In this document: piece after piece, positions 50,504 through 63,228 of the stretch
Position numbering within the stretch: position 1 is the stretch's first letter
How the letters are laid out: each line of letters opens with the position of its first letter
DNA from: Camelus ferus
Taxonomy: Eukaryota
Direction: 5' to 3'
NCBI RefSeq assembly: GCF_009834535.1
Contig: NC_045716.1
Coordinates: 23,064,001 to 23,128,000 of the forward strand
DNA length: 64,000 nucleotides
Position numbers and translations under genes: made by a program
Notes under the pieces: generated by a model
Seen by the model: only the letters and a program-made list of their open reading frames with translations
What the model was told of the DNA's origin: nothing
Database searches by the model: none

Positions 50504-52159
50504 TCCTTCTATGTATTAGACAAACTAACAAACTCGTAACTTTCTTAGCTGGTCTCAACAATCTTCCCTCATCCCGCCTCTCCCCACAAATCTGCAGAGA
50601 GCAGGAGGGTCCGGGAAATGGTGCTGTTCAAAGGCCTGCTGGCCAGATTCTCTCTCACCTCCTCCTGAGTCGCGGCTGGGAGGTGACCCTCAGGAATACA
50701 TACTGCACCTCCCATCACATCCTGCTGTCACTTTGTCCTGTGCTCTTTGGGGTCTATCCCTGACAGCCTATCGACCCTCCAAGAAGAGAGAGACTGAAAG
50801 CAACAGGTGGGTTCTGAGGCAGGAGAATGACTGAAATGGGGCTCCCCACGTGCCCACATTTAAGTCCCTTGATCCATCTCCCCACCAACTCAGTGCTCCC
50901 ATCTGGGAAATGGGGACAATCAGGCAATGACTGGGCATTCAGTGAGGTAGTAGGTCGAAGCCCCCCAGGCTCTCCTAGATCCCCAACTCAGATCTTCTCC
51001 CCCTTCAATTCTGTAGCAAAAGCCTCCTTGACTCCAGCCCCAGTAATCCAATACTCCTTCCCACACTGTCCCCACACTTGCCTCAGATGGTGAGAAAGGA
51101 GGAGAATCAGACTGAAGAGGTTGATTGGCCCCCTGGGACTCTGGACTGGGGCTAGGGTCACCCTGTCCCTCCGGCCCAGGTCTCTTTGGCACAAGCCCAT
51201 GAGTGTCTGGGTGCTCTGGGGCCCTTCATCTTATTTCTCCCTGAGGGGCAGAACCAGACACCGACCTTCAGGGGGCAAGGCAGTTTCCCAGGAGCCTTTG
51301 TAAGGTGGTGGTGGTGACAGTGGGAGCCAGAGGCAGGGAGAGATGGGGAGGAGAGAGGGACAGCCCTGCCAGGTCAGAGAGCACCTGCTCCCACTCTCCC
51401 ACACTCACCTGGTTCCTTCTCTTCCAGATGTGACGCACTTCTCGGGGGTCAGCTCCACATCTGCAGTAGGGCAGCTTGGGAGAGAGGCCAAGGGCATTGG
51501 GCTCCGTCCAGGGTAGAGAATCGAGTGGACGGTGTGGACAGCGGAGGGTGGGAAAGGAGGGGGATGGCCCCTGTCTGGGTCTCGGAGGGCTGGCTGGTGT
51601 CACGTGCATTTGGAACCACAGCAGAAGGGGGTTTCTGAGTAGACGCTGGGAAGGAACTCTCAGCAGGCCAGGAAGATTCCAGTCATGGCCAGAGGAACTT
51701 GGGAAAGCAAAGGAAGAGAGGCTGCAGCTCTGCCCACCGCCTGCGTGGAGGCAGAAGCCTGGAGACAGTGACCTCGTGGGAAAGGTCTGGTTCTCCCCCT
51801 GATGCCCCGCAGTCTGAGCCTCTCCCAGTGGACAAACAAAGGTGAGGCGTCCCAGGCAGGTGCAGCCAGGCCGTGAAACGTGAAAAGCTGAAGGAGAAGG
51901 ACCCGGGCTGGGAAGAGGCTGCCCAGCTCTTCCCTGACCACCCAGATAAAGCTCTCCAGGTCCCACCACCACTTCCCCCTTAGCCCTGCTGTATGGTTCT
52001 TCCGAGCACTTCCATCGCCAGTCTAGCAGACATGTGTCTGTTACTTCCCTGAGGTGGTCCTCGCCACAGAGCTTGGGTTTTGTCTGTTTTGTTTACAGCT
52101 GTACCCCCAATGCTCATGACAGGTGCCTCTAAATATTTGTAATAATATTAATAATGAAA

Positions 52160-52400
52160 GGCTCTCACCCTGCCGCTAATTAGTTATGTGACCTGGGCAA
52201 GTTACCTACCTCTCGGTTAACATGTTGCCCTTACCGTGTACCAGCGCTATTTACCTATGAGCTTTGTAAATATTAACTCATTTAAGCCTCACAGCAATCC
52301 TGTGGAGTGGTGGCCACGATTTTCCTCGGCCAGCGACAGATGGGAAAAGGAGGCCCAGAGAGATGAGGTGACCTGCTTGAGGGAGGTGGCTGGTGGCGGA
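52160..52400. mobile_element. MIR fragments
   Basis: tagttatgtgacctgggcaagttacctacctctc and gatgggaaaaggaggcccagagagatgaggtgacctgc. Confidence 0.6.
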
Positions 52401-54450
52401 GCCGGGCTGTCATAGGTGGGAACAGTGCTTGACCTAGAACCGAATTAATTGCTGGTCCACTCTGGCCCCCACCTCTGTCCCCTACTCCCCATAATTCCTT
52501 GCCTATAAAACAAGGTTAATCACAGCTCTCCCCTCCTTGCCTTCCCCACTGCCCACTCCCTTCACCCACAGGGGCCGCATCTTCAGCGAGCTGGCACAGG
52601 CGAGCTCTGGGTGCGGGGCCCGGGGTGAGGTCCAGGTGGCGTGAGCTCTCTGGCTGCCCCAGGGGCATTTGGGGGTCTTCAGAGGCCTGGGTGTTGACTT
52701 CTCGTCCCCCTCCCACACTCTGCTGGGTCTTGCCTTCTCTTCCTGTGACGTGAGGGGGGGTGTGTGTCTCAGGCCCGGGGATGAGGGAGGGAACAGGGAA
52801 ATGACACCGACGGATTTTCATTTCTGATAACATGGTGGCTTGTGCGGGCTGCAGCTAAGAACAACCAAAAATCTGGATAAAATAAAAACATTTTTTTTCA
52901 AAGCATTGGCGAGCTCACAAGGCAGCAAGTATTGAGGAGATCATAATCTAAGTGAAAGCAGACTCCAGGAGGTGGGCAGGGTGCCGAGGCCCTCGGGCCC
53001 TGAGGGCATTGGCCAAACCGAGCCCAAATGACCTTTGGCTTTGACAGTTTGTGACAGTTTGTGGCATGAGGAAGGGCCCATTTGAGGAGGGGAGACAAGG
53101 GGGACACCGCCTACCTCACAGGGCTACCTGCTTGAGCCAAAACCCAGAGGCAATGTACCCCCACCCCACAGGAGTGCAGGGAACTCGGCCTTGGCGCCAA
53201 GGGGGGCCAGGAAAGGCCTGAGGAGCTCTGGCTACAGGCCACCCGGGCATGAGTCTGCACTTGGTGTCGGGGGGGAGGGTGGGGTAACCAAGAGAAGGCA
53301 GCCTAGACTTCTGGAAGCACCCCTAGGATATCCTCCTAGGCCTCAAAGACATCCCTCGGGCGATCTGCCCAGGGAAGGAAGCAGTTCTCAGCCCAAAGCG
53401 GCCAAGCACCATCGGTCTGGAGATCAGGCAGGGAGGTGGTCTCATGGCCTCAGTGTTGTCATCGTAAATAAGGGGGCTTAACCAGATGCCCTCCAAGACC
53501 CCCTCTGGCACGGGGATTCTCTGGGGGTGAGGCTAGAGTGTGTCCCCACTTTGTCTTTTGGAGTGTCTCTTCAATGTGAAGGGATAGAGGATGGTTGTGA
53601 TGAATCACTTGTCTCTTCCAAGCTCACTGGAAGGAGACAGGCAGGAGGCTGTGCAGAGGGAAAATGAAGAGGTGGTGGTGTCTGCAGCCCAGAGTGGGCC
53701 TTTGATGTGTGCATGGCTAGGTGGGTGGGTGGGGCCTGTAATAGGGGTTGCCAAGGAAGGAAGCAGGGGAACCCCTGGGGACACCCTCAGCTTGACCTAC
53801 TTGGACCCCCATAATTGCTCCTTTCTCTCCTTGGAAAGCTACAAATAGGGATGCCTTGTGGCTGGGCTCTTAGAGCTGAAACACCAGCACCGGGGGTGAG
53901 TGCCGGCTGCCTGGGTCCTGCCCTGGGCTGGGTGGTGAGTGGCCGTGGTCCGGCTCCTGGCCCAGGGTCTGGCCTAGGGGGCAGAGGGATGACCACAGCA
54001 GGGATTGACGAGGCGAAGGGAATCAGATATGGTGGATTCAGGGGTGTCCTCTTACAGCGAGGAGTTGTTGGGGAGCTTGGGTTTGGGGGTGTGCAGAGCT
54101 GAGGTCTGGCCGAGCGGCGCGGGCAATGAGCTAAAAGCTAAAGGTGCTGCTATCACCCTCCCTGCCCCCACCGCCTCCTTCATTCCTGTCAGCAGGTTGA
54201 GACGGGCTAGGGCCGTGCGGAGGAGAGGACTCCTTCCGGTCGCCAGGCACGGAGCCTCTGAAAGAGCAACAGCAGTGGCGCCAGGCAGGCTGGCAGGAGC
54301 TGGGAAGGGCGGCCAGGCACCTCTGCAGTTCCCTGTTCCCTGACATCGCGACCCTTCCTGCCCCCTGCCCCAATCCTGAGCTGTCACAGACAGTTAGACC
54401 TCAGGCAGGGCAGGGCCCCTCCCACTCCCCCAGCCCTGCACCTCTGTCCG

Positions 54451-54470
54451 CCCCCCCCCCCCCCCCCCCC
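54451..54470. repeat. Poly-C (C20) tract upstream of S100A3
   Basis: Directly visible. Confidence 0.95.
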
Positions 54471-55408
54471 GCCAGCCACAACCAGGCTGGCCATTTGCTC
54501 CACAGGGCCCAGCAGAGGGGGAAACATCAGGGAGAGAGCCCTGGCCCAGGCTGCCTCGTGTTGCAGGACTCCTGTCCCCTGGGGGAACCAGGCGTGAGTC
54601 ATAGGGCTCACATGGAAACAACACATGCCTTCCTGGCTGCCTTATGGTTTCCCCAGGCTGGAGGCAACTCCCTGAAGGGTGGTGGGTGGGGCCAGTGGAA
54701 TGGCGGGGGTGGGCCATTCCAGGAAGGATTTCCCCTTTAACAGAGCAGGGTACCCTTCTGCAGAGCCTTCTGTCTCAAGACCCCTGGGGTCAGGGGGATG
54801 GCCTCAGGTGGGGCAGATCACACATTGGTAGGTGCATACCTGTGTTGGTGAGGTGGTGGGGGTTCTTCTGAGATCTGACCCTCCCTGAGAATGCCCAGCC
54901 TTGCCAAGGGACCGAGGACGGGGTACATGGGGCCAGGGTCTCCTAGTACAGGTTCCTAGAGAAGGAACTCTGGGGTCGGAAGGGGAGGAGGCTTCTAGGG
55001 CCAGGGCCTGTGTCTGATGGGGTGGTGCAGAGTGGGACTGAGCCCTCGCTGGGTGTTGGGGTGAGAAAAGGTGGAGAGAATCAGGGAGTCCTCAGGAAGC
55101 CCCTGGGTGGGGTGTGCCAGCTAGGGGGTGGGCCACTCTCCCTGAGGGGTTTGCAATGATGTTGGGGAGAAAAAAGTCCTCGGTCCAGGGGAAGAACAAG
55201 TGTGGAGGGGACAGTCGGGAAATAGATGAGGAGGGGCCAGTGTAGTCAGGGAGGGCTACTCAGAGGAGGGGGAGTTTGTGGGGCTGGAAGCCTGGAGGAG
55301 ATTAAGTCAGATCTGGGCACAGTCCCTGGGACACACGGAAGGCAGGGAGGAGCAGGGGGCTGACATGGCCTCTGCCCTGAGTCGTACCCCTGTTCTGTGA
55401 CAGTGAGG

Positions 55409-56181
55409 ATGACCAGTCCTCTGGAGCAGGCGTTGGCTACAATTATATCCAGCTTCCAGAGACATGCTGAGCGCTTCGGGGACAATTATACACTCTGCCA
55501 GGCGGAGCTCAAGGAGCTGGTACAGACGGAGCTGCCCACCTGGACCCCGGTGAGCTCCTGGGGTGACCATCCCACGGGAAGCACTGCTAAGACTCTGCAA
55601 AGAGAGACCTGGAGATGAGTTGAGAATCAGACAGCCAGGGGGTGGAGGCCGGATTGTGGGGAGGGGGTGCTAGGAAGCGGGTTAACACAGCAGGAATCTC
55701 AATTTCCCCACCTGTGAAATGGGAGGACAATCATCACACGGGTGGCCTGGCAGGGCTGTTCGGAGGACCTAGCGACAGCACTGGGAAGAATGCCTGACAC
55801 ACAGTAGGCACTCAGTAGCACAGAGCAGGTGCTCAGTAAATGGCCTGAGAAGGAGGACTTGGGAGGGGGACGGACACAGGTGAGTTACCAGAATAGAAGG
55901 GGTGTGGATTGAGCGGGACCACCCAGGATGGTGGAAGGGAAGCTGAATGTGTGTACGAGACTGTTCTGTCCTCCTCAACCTGCCTCCCCATCCCTCCTCA
56001 ACCCTGCCCTGCACAGACGGGCCTTCGGGAGTGTGACTACAATAAATTGATGAGTGTCCTGGACACCAACAAAGATCAGCAGGTGGACTTCGCGGAGTAC
56101 ATGAACAAGCTTGCCTGCCTCTGCATCTACTGCCACGAATACTTCAAGAACTGCCCCCCAGAAGCCCCCTGCTCTCAGTAA
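55409..56181 (+). CDS. S100A3: Protein S100-A3, 101 aa; join(55409..55549,56017..56181)
   Basis: [47 protein letters not shown] | TGLRECDYNKLMSVLDTNKDQQVDFAEYMNKLACLCIYCHEYFKNCPPEAPCSQ*; Cys-rich C-terminus and R51 are diagnostic; acceptor cag|tgagg at 55403, donor at 55550, acceptor at 56016. Confidence 0.96.
55700..55850 (+). mobile_element. MIR in S100A3 intron 2
   Basis: tcaatttccccacctgtgaaatgggaggacaat...gcctgacacacagtaggcactcagta. Confidence 0.65.
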
Positions 56182-56523
56182 TGGGCAGGGCTGCCCTGGG
56201 GCAGGGATCTGGGTCTGCTTAGGACCTGCTCCATCTCTGCCCTGAGCTGTCCTGGGTCTGTCAGCTCCCCTTCCCTCCTCGTGTCCCCTCCATCCAGAAT
56301 CTCCCAGGTTTGCCCCTGATCTGTGAACCCATTTATCTGCGAGTCCAGGAGGCATGAGGGGACCTCCCCAAGGATCTCAGTGAGTGACCAGTAGAGCAGC
56401 CAGCCGCTGCCTCCTCACTGTGGCCCATGTTGGCTGGAGGCGGGGATCTGCTTTGAGACTGTCCAGGCCCACAGTGTATGTGCAGGAATGAGACCATGGC
56501 GAGAAAGGTCCTGTTTCTCTCCT

Positions 56524-56529
56524 AATAAA
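56524..56529 (+). terminator. S100A3: S100A3 polyadenylation signal
   Basis: AATAAA ~340 nt after the stop. Confidence 0.75.
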
Positions 56530-56742
56530 GAACTGGCATCACTTGGCTTTGTTTGGTTCTTCTGAGAGGATAGCTGGGGTCAGGTCAGAGTCCTGCCGAG
56601 GCTTCGCTCCTCTCTTGGCCACTGGAGGATGGGAGGCTGAGGGCAGTTTCTGGCCCTGCGGAAATGAAATGTTTTCAATATCCAGCAGGAGGGGCTGGGA
56701 TCAACACAGGGACCTTGTCTGTGGGAGGCTGGTGGCTGGGGG

Positions 56743-56744
<2 letters not shown>

Positions 56745-56801
<57 letters not shown>
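56745..56801. repeat. (CT)n microsatellite between S100A3 and S100A4
   Basis: About 28 uninterrupted CT units. Confidence 0.95.
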
Positions 56802-56804
<3 letters not shown>

Positions 56805-57859
56805 GGTCTTTGAAGAAGCAGCTCCCTTGGGCTGTCCACCTGACAGGATGTTCTGGGAGGAGGGTGGAGCTATAGGGGAGGGAGTGGGTCTATTCCCCCC
56901 GCCCCGCTGGGTTGTGGGAGCCCACAGTGCAGCACTAATGGGATTAGAGGTCTGACTAAGATGTTGCTCCCTGATCAGCAGAGGAGGGGTGCCCTGCATT
57001 GGAGGGGGAAGGGGACCCCTTCAGGCAGACCCCATCCCAGAAGCTACAGGCACCTGAGGGACTTAACCCCTTACTTCGGACCCTCCCTCAATCCCTGAGG
57101 TCATACCCAGACCGAAGAGGTTACTTTGATCCCTGCCTCCCCCATTTTGTGCCATGTTGTCTCTAACTTTCCACCCCAACTTGCACTCATCACTTTTGTC
57201 ACCCATCCCAACTCTCAACTCCCTCTTCTGACACCTTCTGCCTCACCTCTGCATCCTCTCTTGGTCCCTTCAGTCCGTTTCTGAGCCCCCAGGCCTGACT
57301 CCCCTTCTCCATTCCATCACGACTTCACCCAAAACCTTCCTCCATGGACCTGCTTGTGGGGGTCCCAGCACCTCCTTGGGTGTCAATCTGTTCCTCCCCC
57401 GAGACCTGCAGCTCCTGTCCTGGGCGTCACCCAGCCTGGCAGAGAGCCTTTGGGGGAGGGGAGAAGGACAGCCTGAGTTGTCCCCAGCACCGAGCCTGGG
57501 GTCCCTTCCCTGTGTTCCTAGGCAGCCTCACTCCAGGGCAATTTCCCACCTGTTACCCACCACCCCCAACCCGTTTCCTCTATGCCGGCTGCTCAGTGGG
57601 ACCACACCATCCCTGTCCCTCACGCCCCAGGCACAGACTGCCCCTTCCTCTAGCTCCCTAAAACTCAGGCTGAGCTGCGCACGTGGGGGTGCCCACCCAA
57701 CCAGGGCCCCTCCCTGTGCCCAGCGGAGGTCTGCCATTATCCATCTCTGCCTGCTCAGGGCAGGAAACTGGGTTTGCAGGCTGGGCTGGTGGAGGGGGCC
57801 CGTGGCATTTACCACATCAGCTCACGATAGGAGGGCTGTCTCCCGCTCTCCCCCATCCC

Positions 57860-57976
57860 CTGCCATGGGCAGGGCCTGGCCAGGGTATAAATAGGTCACA
57901 CTGCTGGGCTCTCCCCACTCTTCCTCTCTCCCCAACCCTCTCTCCTCAGAGCTTCCTCTCTCTTGGCCTGGTGAGT
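57860..57976 (+). promoter_or_regulatory. S100A4: S100A4 promoter and non-coding exon 1 (~57915-57970)
   Basis: TATAAATA at 57886-57893; pyrimidine-rich exon ...aaccctctctcctcagagcttcctctctcttggcctg|gtgagt (donor 57971), matching the recalled S100A4 exon 1. Confidence 0.85.
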
Positions 57977-58869
57977 TGTGGTCTCCTGACTGGCTTGCAA
58001 GGGCTGTTGGGGCAGAAGAAGGGGAAGCTGGTGGGGACCAGATGACTAAGTGGATCCAGATGTGAGATTCTGATGCAGAGGCTCTGGGCTGGGACATGTG
58101 CGTGTGTGTGGTGGGCATGCACGCGTGTGTGCTTGCAAGAGAGAGAAAAAAAAAAACACAAAAGAAAAAGTGTGCAGGTGGCTGGGTGGGAGCCCTCTGT
58201 GTGGTTTCGTGACGCTGGGGCTTGCAGATGCTGTAGTGTGTTTTAGCGCATGTGTGACTGGTGGGCATGCACCTTGGCTTGTGTCTGCTGGGTTGCACAA
58301 GCTCGTGTGTTCGCCCTCGGATGTAGGGAGCACGGTGAATGCAGAAGGCGACTGTGGACTTTTGTCTGCTTGTGTCCTAGGAGCCTCTGCCCTGCACGCA
58401 GCAGCCTAGCCCAAGGGAGGGTGGCCTCCTGGTCCCTCCCCTGCATCCGAAGCCTCTGCCACCTCACCCTGCCCCTCCCCATGCTGGGCTCTAGGCCGCT
58501 GGTTTTTTCCGCTACGGGGCCCCTGGGCAGGCCTCCAGCGGCCTCACCCCGCGCTGGGAGGGAGAATGGGTTAGGGTGGGGCTGCTGTGGGCTGAGCCAT
58601 GGGAGTACACTGGATAGAGTGAGGGGTGGAGAAAGCACTCTTGTTGAGCTGGCTGCCTGAAACCCAGAGCCTGTGCACTGGGCCCTGCAGGTGTTCACTG
58701 CCCCAAGCATGAATTTCCCGCACCATCTCCCCTCCAAGCCCTGCTTTTCTAGGCAGCCTCTCTAGCGGGAGCAGGGTCGCACCAAGTGCTCCCTGAGGGA
58801 TGGGAGTCGGGTGGGCATTCAGAATACATGACTGGGGGTGGGATAGGGAAAACAGGGGTGTCTCTGTGA

Positions 58870-60343
<1,474 letters not shown>

Positions 60344-60456
60344 AGGCTCCTCGGGTGTGGGTGAGGGGCCTGCCGGCTGGGTCTTCCCTGTCAGGCAGTG
60401 GGCACAGTGCCTCACCCCGGCTCCCCTAGAGCGTAAGCTCAGTACTGAGCAAGTTC

Positions 60457-60462
60457 AATAAA
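60457..60462 (+). terminator. S100A4: S100A4 polyadenylation signal
   Basis: AATAAA ~115 nt after the stop. Confidence 0.8.
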
Positions 60463-62115
60463 GATTCTTGAACACTAGGAGGCTGATGGTCTGAGAGAGT
60501 CTTGGGCGTGGTGTGGGGCTTGAGGGGTATGGGGGGTATGGGCGGCTCTGGGAGCTGAGCTGCAGTTCTGTGGGGAGTAGAGAGCAGGCTAGTGAAGGTG
60601 AGGGAGGGACGTGGGTGAGCGTGCATGTGTGTGGGGGACAGAGTTGACTCTGGATGGAGCTGAAGGCAAGGAGACGGACCCCCAGAGGCATGGAACAGCC
60701 CAGCTGTGGGACCTCAGCCAGCGCACTTGCCCATCCCACCTCTCCTACCTTGCCTCTGGCCGGACATCTGACTGCAGCGGGGATGGGATGGAAGGTCACA
60801 TCTGCTTTTGGTTGGGGTCTGGAATGGAAGTGGACACCCTAGGGGTGGGTGGGGGGAAAGGGCTGAGTCACAGGGAAGAAGCAGTGAGGCCAGAGTGGGA
60901 TAAGAGGAGGGCTCAGTCTTGACATTTACAGCCCGAGCCCTGTCCTGCCACCCCTTCCAGTGCTCTGGCTTCGAACCCCAGGATGGATAAATCCTTCCTG
61001 TCCATGGTCGGATCAGGGAAGCAACGTGGCGGGAGAGCTGGCTGTTGGCTGCAGCATGAGATATGATCGTTCTCTCAGCCATCCACCTCTGTCCCAAAGA
61101 CCCTGGGATGAGCTCTGTTACTAGTTAGCAGCCATGCTTCTTCAGCAGAGGACAAAGGACCTTGGAAGGGATGAGTGGAGGATAGTGGCTGGGGTGGGAA
61201 TAGGGAGATGGTGGGAGGTGACCATAGTTTTAGGGACAAAATTCCAGACATAGGATCTGATCAATGAAATTGAGATTTTTTCCACCCAGAAAAGATCAGG
61301 CATGATGTTTCCCTTCAGGTTGAAGGCGAGCAACTCCAGCAGGCAGTGGGTGGGATGGGCATCAGACTTCCAGGCCACGCCTGGGAGGTACGGGGACCCT
61401 AAAGAAGAGGTGAGTAGAGGCAGGTCCAGAGGCAGGGAAGGTCTGGTTCCCTTGACCTTTCAAGCTTCCTCCTTTCCTTCTCATCGCATTGTGTTTTTCT
61501 CAAGTTTCAGTGGAGTGGGTAGATGACTCAGAGGTTCCCTCAGGGTGTGACTACAGAGACTTGGGTAGAATTTTGATCCAGGAAAAATTCTGCCGCCTCC
61601 CCCTCCTTCCCCAACCCCGGCCCCAGGCTGCCCATCTTCCAGGGAGCGCCCTCCCTTGAGCCTCCTCCTGTCTTACTCTCTACTTCGGAAACTCCTGTTG
61701 CTTAGCAACCGTCCCTGCTGCTTCTCTAGCCTTGCTGGCTGGCCTGGGAGTGGAGTGGGGGCAGCGGGGAGCACCCAGGCAGGCTGGGGAGGGGCGGCAG
61801 CAGCGGTAGGCGCTAAGCCCCTAACTCAGCTCCTTCCTCCTGCTTGGACTGGTGCCGGCAGAGCAATGCTGAGTCTCTCCTGAGACACAAGCAACTCTCC
61901 CTGATCCCTGCTCCATCCATTACTGCACCCTGGACCTGCTCACCCTGGTCCACGGCCTCTCTCCCACCACCCAGCCCTTCCCTTCCTCAGTCTCCTCCCT
62001 GGTCCCTGATTCTCAGTTCTCCATTCTGAGAGTCTCTGACAATTCTTTCCTGGGATGATGAGTGAGGTTTAGAAGAAACAATTCATTGAAAAGCCCTTTC
62101 AAAACGTTAGGCTCT

Positions 62116-62254
62116 TGAGGGGAGGGAATAGCTCAAGTGGTAGAGCACATGCTCAACATGCACGAGGTCCTGGGTTCAATCTCCAGTACCTCCTCTGAAA
62201 ATAAATAAATAAATAAGTAAACCTAACTATCTCCCCCAACAAGAATTGAAGAAA
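62116..62254 (+). mobile_element. tRNA-Ala-derived SINE
   Basis: Canonical head and tail; TSD aaaa(c/t)gttaggctct at 62101-62115 and 62255-62269. Confidence 0.9.
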
Positions 62255-62276
62255 AAAATGTTAGGCTCTACTACTT

Positions 62277-62712
62277 AGCCATGAAAAAGAATGAATTATA
62301 ATGCCATTTGCAGCAACATGGATGGGCCTAGAGACTATCATACTGAGTGAGGTAATTTGTACAGAAAAAGATAAATATCATATGGTATCACTTATATGTG
62401 GAATCTTAAACATGATGCAAATGAACTTACTTACAAAACAGAAACAGACTCACAGACATAGAAAACAAACTTATGGTTACCAAAGGGAAAAGGTGAGGGA
62501 GGGATAAATTAGGAGCTTGGGATTAGCAGACACAAACTATTATATATAAGATACATAAACAAGGTCCTACTGTAGACCACAGGGAACTATATTCAATATC
62601 TTGTAATAACCTGTAATGAAAAAAATATATTAATGTCTGACTGAATCACTGTGCTGTACATTAGAAACTAACACAAAATTATACATCAACTATACTTCAA
62701 TTAAAAAAAAAA
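62277..62712 (+). mobile_element. 5'-truncated LINE-1 (ORF2 C-terminal end, 3'UTR, poly-A)
   Basis: atgccatttgcagcaacatggatg...(MPFAATWMGLETIILSEV, the L1 ORF2 terminus), typical 3'UTR and A-tail followed by a target duplication. Confidence 0.9.
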
Positions 62713-63139
62713 TCTTAGGCTCTATACTTGCTAATGACCTTGACCATGCCCTTGGCGGAAAACGTCTTCCCTCACTGATTTCCATCTCAAGATGTGTCTA
62801 TTCTGCTCCTGGAGTGGGTGGGAAGAGAACAGCCTAGGGCGTGGGGGGGGGTACCCTGCATTTGTCCCACATCTCCTGGGTCTTCTTTCCAGGGCAGCCT
62901 GGCTATTGTCCCATCAGATTGTGAGTTCTGATTTTTGGTTGAGAAAATAAAGCTTCTGGGACTGAAGGTCTGTGTGTCTTGGTGAACTCAGTGTGCCTCC
63001 ATCCCTTCTGTTTGGAAACAAGGAGTATGAGATTGGCAGAGGGGGGTTCTCCCCAGCTGCACCCCAGGAGGTTCTGACCTGGGCCTCCTTGTCCCTGGCC
63101 CCTTCTCATTGGCCCTTTCTCTCCGCTGGTATCCTGGGG

Positions 63140-63228
63140 ACTGGAGCCAGGGGATAAAGGCAGAGAGCAGTGGGAGGGAGCCTGTTTCCACTCTGTGAGT
63201 TCTTTGGCTCCCTCTGTCCTTGGTGAGT
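63140..63228 (+). promoter_or_regulatory. S100A5: Probable S100A5 promoter and non-coding exon 1; coding exons would lie beyond the window
   Basis: GATAAA at 63153-63158, then a short exon ending gtccttg|gtgagt at 63223, the same architecture as S100A2/A4 exon 1. The window ends in a pyrimidine tract suggestive of the next acceptor. Synteny places S100A5 after S100A4. No coding sequence is visible. Confidence 0.5.

Noticed and set aside
50930-51030. let-7 precursor or novel miRNA gene
   Set aside because: The match stops after 13 nt and no complementary 3' arm is present to form a hairpin.
51268-51972. 234-aa minus-strand ORF (likewise 62903-63562, 219 aa, and 2070-2642, 190 aa)
   Set aside because: No recognisable motif and composition typical of stop-poor GC-rich non-coding DNA.
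52504-52640. TATAAAA followed by a pyrimidine-rich stretch and GT sites as another S100-type promoter
   Set aside because: The context ttccttgcctataaaacaaggttaatcacag resembles a degenerate MIR core (ttcctcatctgtaaaatggggataat) next to other MIR fragments; donors are weak.
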